NCBI GenBank assembly: GCA_002104945.1
Contig: MCFH01000036.1
Location: 372,001-436,000, forward strand
DNA from: Piromyces finnis finn
Lineage: Eukaryota > Fungi > Neocallimastigomycota
Reading direction: 5' to 3'
Length of the DNA: 64,000 bases
In this document: in pieces, positions 55,322 to 64,000 of the stretch
Layout of the letters: every line of letters begins with the position of its first letter
Position numbering within the stretch: the stretch's first letter is position 1
Made by a program: the position numbers and the translations under genes
Notes under the pieces: model-generated
The model's input: only the letters and a program-made list of their open reading frames with translations
What the model was told of the DNA's origin: nothing
The model's database searches: none

Positions 55322-57610
55322 TTAGATTAAATCAGCAACTATTTGAATTGGATGGAATGGAATTGAATTGATTGAATTGATAAGAATTAAAAATAAAATG
55401 GAAAAAGAATAAAAAATAATAATAATTAGTCTCTATATTATTAATATTAATATATTATTATTATTATTATTATTAAATAAATTCGAAATTACTATTAATT
55501 GGCATTTCATCAATTTGTGTACTGTAATATTGTTCTATATCACGAAGAATCTTAATTTCATCATTCTTTACAAAGTTGATAGCTATATATTAATGATGAT
55601 AACATTGATATAAAATAATGAATATTTTAATATACTTTATATATATTTTTTTATATATATCGAATCTTCCATTTAATAATTAATATTCCCTTTAACTTAC
55701 CAACACCCTTTCTACCAAAACGACCTGAACGACCAATTCTTTTAATATATAGAAATATTGTTAAATTATTATTATCAATTTTTTTTTAATTTTCTATTTT
55801 AAATTATTTTATTATCTTATTGCTATTTATTTATTTATTCGTTTATTTATTCATTTATTTATTTATTTATTTGTTTATTTATTTGTTTATTTATTTATTT
55901 ATTAATTAATAAAAATTTAAGATTTCATACCTGTGAATGTAATTTTCACGATCAAGCGGTAAATCGTAATTTATAACAGTAGAAATTTGTTGAACATCAA
56001 TACCTCTAGCCCAAACATCAGTAGTAATTAAAACACGACTGTTTATTATATTTAATAAAATTGGTTATATTTATTAAATTAAATTATTACTTTTTTTTTC
56101 ATTCATTTTAATGAATTATTTTTTGTTGAAAATTTTGTATTTAAATTTCTTAATTATTTTTTTAATCTTACTCTGCTTTATTTCTCTTTACTGTATATAT
56201 AAATATAATAATTTATTTAATTCTATTTTTAATTACCTTTTTCCTTGTCTGAATTCTTGCATAATGGCATCACGTTCCTTTTGTGGCATATCACCATGCA
56301 TAGATGATATAGTGAAATTAGCTTCTCTCATTTTTTCAGTTAACCAATCAACCTTCTTTCTAGTATTACAGAAAATAACTGCTTGAATAATTGTAAAGGA
56401 ATCATATAAATCACAAAGGGTATCAAATTTCCATTCTTCAAGTTCAACAGGTACAAAGAATTGTTTTATACCTTCTAAAGTCAATTCATCACGCTTAACT
56501 AAAACTCTAATTGGATCAGTCATGAATTTTGAAGTCATTTCTAAAATATCATTTGGAAGAGTAGCACTAAGTAAAACAACTTGTGTCTTTGGTGGTAAAT
56601 AACGGAAAACGTTGTAAATTTGATCCTTAAAACCTTTATTTAACATTTCATCAGCTTCATCTAAAATCAACATTTTAACATGACGAGTTCTTAAAGTTCT
56701 TCTACGAATCATATCACCAACACGACCTGGTGTACCTGAAATAATATGTTGTCCATATTCTAACTTTTTAATATCTTCACTAATATTAGTACCACCAATA
56801 CAAGCATGACATTGTACATTCATATAATCACCTAAAGCTAATACAACACTTTGAATTTGAGTAGCAAGTTCACGAGTTGGTGATAAAACAATAGCTTGAG
56901 TTTCTCTGGTTTTTGTATCAATTCTTTGTAACATTGAAATGGCAAAGGTAGCTGTTTTACCAGTACCAGATTGAGCTTGAGCAATAACATCACGACCCTT
57001 TATTATAGGAACAATAGCACGTTGTTGAATTGAAGAAGGTTTTTCAAAATCTTTTTATTATTATTAATAATGATAATATTATTGTTATTTCAAATAGCAT
57101 ATATATATATATTGTTTTATTTTTTGTGTTAATAATGTTTAAGATTTTGGTTGAATTAAAATATTAATTTTAATTGCAATATTTAAATATATTGAAATGT
57201 TTTGTATTAAAATTATTTCAATTATGATTTATATATAAAAAGAAGAGTAATTAAAATTCAAAATTTTTAAATATATATATAAAAGAAAAAAGAAAAAGAA
57301 AAAAGAAAAAGAAAATAAAATTAATAAGAATGTTCCTTTTTTTTTATCATTATTCATTTTATAAATAATATCAATCTATAATCCATTTTATGAAGCTGTA
57401 AAATCTTTTTTAATATAAATTTTAAAAATATACTTATAGAAAGAAAGAAAAAAGTAATAAATATATATTTCATTAAATAAAAAAATATTAATTACTGTAA
57501 GCGTAAATTCCTCTTAAAAGATTTTCTTTTAAGTTCATAGCTTCAAAGGTTGGAACAACCTTGACTTCTTCACTTGTTTCAAAAGTGGTCTTATCATTAT
57601 CCATATCCAT
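55322..57610 (-). CDS. FAL1: DEAD-box RNA helicase eIF4A-III (exon junction complex core); exons 57610-57496, 57050-56237, 56038-55931, 55738-55701, 55582-55493, 55338-55322
   Basis: [35 protein letters not shown]. eIF4A3-type features: [49 protein letters not shown]-terminal EMPINIADLI. Confidence 0.95.
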
Positions 57611-59658
57611 TTTGGTTTAGTACTAAAATTTAAATAATTATTTAATAGTGTTTATTTATATTATTAAATTAATAAAAATATATTTATGTAGTGAATAAAA
57701 TAAAAATAATATATAAAACTTTATTATAAATTTATTCTTATATTATACTTTTATGTTTTTATTTAATAAAATCTTACATTTCTTATTTAGATATAAAAAA
57801 AAGTGGTAATTAATTTAAGAATAAAAAATAATTATTAATAAATAAAAAAAAATAATTTATTATATAAAATTTTTATTAAAAATATTTTTATATTAAAAAT
57901 ATTTTTTTATTGGTTATTAAAATTATTTTGACCAATAATGAATTGAAGTACAATAAAATAATTAATATTTTTATTTAAAAAAAATCATCTTTTAAAATTT
58001 TAAATAAAAAAAAGTAGCTATAAGATTTAAAAAAAAAAATAAAAATATTACAATAATACTTAAATGTTACTTATTTGTTTATATCATAAAAAATGCAGTT
58101 TCAAATAATAATTAATGTTCTTTTATATATACAATTTAGCTGTTACTAAAGATTACAGTAATTAAGGATATCAAATATTATATAATTTTAAATAATGTTT
58201 GATTTCTATTTCCTCTTTAAAATTTAGTTTTCACACAAATGATAAAATTACAATATATTAAATTTTAAATGGAACTATTTAGTTTTTCTTTTGGTTTTTT
58301 ATATTATATATATATATATAATTGTTTGTATATATATATAAAAATTTCAAAATTTATACTTATTAAAATTATTTAATTCTTTAATTTGCTGAATATTAGC
58401 AATATTATCAATGTTTAAGTAAATATTTTTAAAAAAAAAAATAAAATTATTTACATTTTAATTACTTTATTATAAATTAATAGTTTTAAGTATACACTAT
58501 GTTATAATAATAATATAAAGAGTATTGGTATTAAAGGAATTATTTAATATAGCTATGCTCTATGTCCTTTTTTATATTTTTAGAGGGTATTACTGAAGGG
58601 ATAGTTAATTAAACTTATAAGATATTAGTCAACATTTTCCTAAGAATCACTATTAAAAAAATTTTAATAAATGAAAAATATATTTATTAAATTATATTTA
58701 AATAATAATAATTCTAATATTACATTTATGCTTGAATTATGACTTTTGTATTATTATTGCTTTTCCTAGAGTCATATTATTGTTTATTTTTATAATAGCA
58801 GTATATATTAAATAAAAATATATAGTAACCTTAAGAAATGTATATATACAAATTCTTATCGCCAAAATAAGCATTTCAATAATAATAAGTTTACAGTCTA
58901 TTATTCCCAGAGTTTTAACTATACCACACTTTTGAAAACTTTCTCAAAATAAGAAATACATATTATTTATTTTATTAGTATTAATAAGTATTAATACATA
59001 TTCATATATTAAAAGAAAATAAATTATTCATTAATATTAATATTCAAATAATATATATTAATATATTATCATAGTACCATCATGCATATCATGTATTACT
59101 ATTATATTATAAATATATATATTATATACTTTTCTAATTAATTATTCTTTAACATATTCAAAAAGAAAAGAAAAAAAAAACTAGGTAAAATAGAAATATA
59201 GATTTTATTATTTATTCATTCTTAATATATATTATAAATAGATCATAATTTATATTTTAAATGCATATAGTAATATAATTTTTTAACTTTATTTATTATT
59301 TAAATATATTAATGAGTTTTTTTTTTTTTTTTTAAATTCAATTACCAACATAACTACTCAAAGAATTAAAAAGTAAACATTTGTTTAAAAGTCTATAATC
59401 TAATTTCTATTATACTAATTCTTTATTCTGTATAAGTTTATAGTAAAATAAAAAAAAAAAAGAATACTTAACTTTAATAATTAGTAAATTTTCATAATTA
59501 ATAATATTTAGAATCATTTATATTAATATCTTTAAAAAAATTTCTTCTCTTTCCTATTTACTATGTTAACTCTATATATATATATAATAAAATGTTTATA
59601 CTGTAAATTTTAGTAATTTCAACTAGATATAAATAATGTATTTAAAGTTTATTTTATT

Positions 59659-59680
59659 ATTATAATTATTATTATTATTA

Positions 59681-59775
<95 letters not shown>

Positions 59776-59791
59776 GTTATTGTTATTATTA
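59659..59791. repeat. (TTA)n microsatellite
   Basis: Direct reading. Confidence 0.95.
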
Positions 59792-62700
59792 TTTTTATAA
59801 TAAATAGATTGATCTTTACATATTTTTATTAAGAAATGTAAAAATGATCAAATTTTTACAGATTTTTTTACCATGGAAAATAAGTTTTAGTTTCATATAA
59901 ACATTTAATATAAATGATACTTTTCATTTAAGCTTTTAACCTTAACTTTAATAATTAAAATATCCGATACCAAACAAATGAAAAATAATTTTATAAACTA
60001 TTTATTATTAATAATATAATGAATTATTTTATTAAAAAAAAATAGACAGAGATAAAGTATTTATTTTGAGATTTTGGTGAATGAATTTACTTTCATACTA
60101 ATATTTCTTAATTTTGATGAACCATTTAATGTAAATCATTTATTTTTATTTTCATGCCTTCTTTACTTTATTATTAAATAACCGGGGTGGTTTTACATTC
60201 ATATTACAATTTGAAAAATAAATAATACTTTTTTATTTTTTTCTACTTTATCACTAAATAAACGGTTTTTTTCACATTCATATTACAATTTTAGGAATAA
60301 ATAATATTTTTTATTTTTAACATTTTATACTGGTTCATACTATTTTAAATATTTATTGTCTTCGTATATTATTAAAGATTTTAAAGAAGTTTGAAATTAT
60401 AGATATATTCCTAAAATATTATAAAAAAATACATTAATAACATCATATTATCATTTATTAAAAAGCATTTTTTAAATGGTATGGAATTCTATTTTCACTA
60501 AAATTTTCTGGATTAATTAAAAAATGGTAAAAAAAAAAAAAAAAAAAAAAAGATAAAGTATTCAAAACATTATATTATATTAAAAGGTTTATTATTAAAT
60601 AGTTTTTCCAATAAATAATAATAATATATAAAAAAAAACTAACCAATATAATTTATCATTTTATTATTATTATTTATATTTGTAATGATAACAAAAATAA
60701 GGGAATAAAATAAAAATAATAAAGAAATACCATCATTTTTCATTTATTAAAATTCCCTAAACACTTACACAACTTATAAAAAATATTTATTATTAATATT
60801 AGTAAATAATATTATGATTTTTAATAATGGATTGATATTTTATAGTAGGTTTTAATAGTTTTATTTTTTAATATATTAATTTCTATATATGGATATATTA
60901 AAATTTTATATTTTATTATTAGTTATTAAATAATGAAATCAATGGACTAAATAATTATAATTACAAAAAAAAAAAAAAAGATTAAGTATTCATTCATAAC
61001 AGTAATAATAACAATAATAATAATAATAATAATAATAGAAGAAGAAATAAAAATGCATTATAATAATAAGGATACCTAATAATAAGGATAGAAAAAAAAC
61101 AAAAAACGTATTTATAATAATGATAAATAATAAATGACAAAGTATTGAGACTAAATAATAAATATATTTACACTGAAAAAACAAAATCTAATACATAACT
61201 TAATTATTCCTATTAAAATTTTTAAAATCAGGTGTAACTTTATTTATTATTAATTAATTAATAAAATAAAGCAAACACTAAAAATTATATATATAATTTA
61301 AGAGTAAAAATAACTCAATGAATCTTTTATCATTTAGATCATCATTGAATTCCTATTTTATCTTATCTCTTTGACATTGACACTCTTTATAACAATAAAT
61401 TTAATACCTATGAATTGAATCATTCCTATTGATTAATTATAAAAAATGAAATTGCAAATATAGTTTTTTCATTTATTAAAAAACATTTTTTTAAAAAAAA
61501 GCTACGTCTTAGTATATTACCATACTTTTTTTCTTAAAAATAAAATGACGATATTCTTGAATATATATTACCTATATATATATATATCAAATTATTATAG
61601 AAATAACAAAGAACAATGAACTATGAAAAATAAATATTAAAAATGTATCTTACAATTTTCTTCTTTTTTTCATTTCATTATAAAAATTATATTCAAACTT
61701 TGCATATTATTATTTTTTTATTATATCTTTTGAAAAACGATAATTATGATATATCTATATAGCCTATCAATTAAAATATCAGAAATATCTATATATTACA
61801 TATAGAGAGAGAGAAAGAATAATTATAATGCTGAGTATATTATATTTATAATGGAAAATAAATAAATAAAAAACACCATACTAAATAAATGAATGGAATA
61901 ATAAAAAATTATTAGCCAAAAAAAAAAAAAAGCTTGGAAGTGTCAAGCTTTTAACAAAAAAATAAAACTTAAAAATAAATTAATACTATAATAGTAAATA
62001 TGTAGTTGATAATTAGCATTACCTAATACAAATTTCAATAGTAATGAAATGATTTAAAGAGAATGATAATAAAAGTTGGCATAAAAATTTGTTATTACAA
62101 AGGAATTTATTATTTAAATTGATGCATTATACACTTTTTATATATACATCTATAATATTGAATAATAATAAATAACCAGTTTAATGAAATAAATAATTAA
62201 TATAAATTTAAAAATTTTTTAGGTTCAAAAAAATATATTAATTTTAAATGTTTAAATCTTAAATATTATTATTTAAACTTTTGAAATGTAAGTTACATAT
62301 ATTACAATTAATTTTTAAAAAATTTTGGTTCACATTATTGGTTATAATATAGTAGTTCCTAAATCTTATTCACTAAAAAATAGGTAATAATTAAAATTTT
62401 AATTTTTTGGTATAATTACAGATTTTTAAAAACAACGATTTCAAGTTTAAAAAAACTCTTTTTTTTTTAAATATATTCCTATGAAGTGAAATATATAATT
62501 TTTTAAAATTAAAAAAAAATGAATGCTATAATCTTTATCTTGGCTAAATGTTTTTTTTTTAATATACATAGTTCATGGCTTCATTTTCAATTTTCATTCT
62601 ATAAATATCCTTTAAATAATCATTCATTCAATTATTACACAATTATAGTAAAAAATAATGTATACATATAATTGTTTTTTTATATAAAATAAAAAAAAAA

Positions 62701-64000
62701 GTAACAAAGATACTCTTATGATTAAAAAAAAGTACACACTTATTAAAATTATTGAATCATCATATATAGCCAAAAAAAAAAAAAAAAAAAAAAAGTATTA
62801 TTGTCATCACATATAGCCATTTAATCAAACAAGTAAAAAGTGTCAAAAAAAAAAGTAATACTACTTAATATTTAATTGGTTTCTTGATATAAATTAAAAT
62901 ACTTTGGGTATATATTATAAATATATCCTTAATATAGATGTAATATAACAATGCATTATATAATAATGATATATCCTTTTATGTTTATAATAAAATTGAT
63001 TAAGCCTTAATATACATTCAAAATATTACTTTTTAAAAAGTTTATATTTTACATAAATTATATATTAGAATATAAAGTATAGAATGGAGTAATATAATAT
63101 ACTATACTATAATAATATATAAATTTGATAGTATATATTATTGTAATATATTGGTTTGTACTTTTAATATATCAAATAACTAATTTATTTAATTTATTTT
63201 GTATTACAAATACATTTATAATATGTCGTACAAACATGGTTCATATAATAATTTGTCTTTTGCATGAGAATGTTACAACACCATAAAAATTATATAATAA
63301 AAATTAACAATGAAATATATTGCATTATACTTGGATATATAATAATTAAATTTCAAAAAGAATATTTAAGGAATACCTTTTTTCCTTCATTAATAAATTT
63401 TTAATTTTAAAATTTTATTTCAAGTTGAATACTTGGTTTTAAAAAAACGAATTGTATTTAAAGAAGAATAAAATGCTTTGAAAGTACTAGAGTATTTTTA
63501 AATCTTTTTTTAATGTATTTATGTATATTTATGTATATATTAGAATAGTTAAAAAACAAAAAAAAGATAAAAATATTTTATTAAATAATTATTTCAAAAA
63601 TATATGAATTTATAAATACTATCAAAATACTTAATATTTGATATAAAAGTGCAATGTAAAATTAATTATTTCTATTATTGAAAAGAAATTAAACCAAATA
63701 CAATATATAAAATTTATTAGTATTATATTTTATAAAAAAAAAAAAAAAAACATTCTCGTTGTTTAAATACGATATAGAAAACATTATAGAATTTATTAAA
63801 AAAAAGAATAATAATAAATATTATTTACAACCCTATCCAATTATTTGTAAATATTTGTAAAATAATAATAAAAAAAAAAGAGATAGAGAAATAATTTATC
63901 AATATATTAGTACATATTATCAGGTAAATATTTATTTTATCATGTTTATTATACTTATATATAAATATTTTTTTATTAAGAATATAATATTCATTAAAAG

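Noticed and set aside
60175-60315. Degenerate ~75-bp tandem duplication (..CATTCATATTACAATTT..AATAAATAATA..)
   Set aside because: Only two diverged units in AT-rich DNA; no spacer structure or nearby cas genes, so not a CRISPR array.
62764-62819. Direct repeat ATATAGCCA flanking a poly(A) run, resembling a tiny retro-insertion
   Set aside because: The poly(A) lies at the wrong end relative to the repeats for a TPRT product; probably a chance or slippage duplication.

Overview
A very AT-rich, intron-containing eukaryotic window. The composition, short GT-AG introns, long (TTA)n tracts and gene content fit an anaerobic gut fungus (Neocallimastigomycota); this is an inference. The main feature is a cluster of single-ORF, APE-type non-LTR retrotransposons at 7.9-19.5 kb. 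It comprises an intact copy (1507-aa ORF), a frameshifted near-identical copy and a 5'-truncated relic. Two nested target-site duplications indicate that the intact copy inserted into the extreme 5' end of the older copy, and both insertions occurred at C|TACC. The element's 5' end carries a 124-bp monomer that folds into a series of hairpins with covarying pairs, a perfect ATTGCGCAAT palindrome, and a candidate sense-strand intron. Next to the cluster lies a decayed ABCB/MDR transporter gene that lacks its ATPase domain(s), which the ORF track does not reveal. Host genes: an orphan helical protein with UBA-like motifs, a 1320-aa membrane-anchored (MNN)n protein, a UFD1/TRAF-ZnF/AZUL protein, a GHSMGG alpha/beta-hydrolase, a 7TM-RGS protein, an STE20/GCK-III kinase, a coiled-coil Cys-rich protein and eIF4A-III (FAL1). 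No rRNA gene, complete tRNA gene or CRISPR array was seen. Regions 1-4.8 kb and 57.7-64 kb look non-coding.
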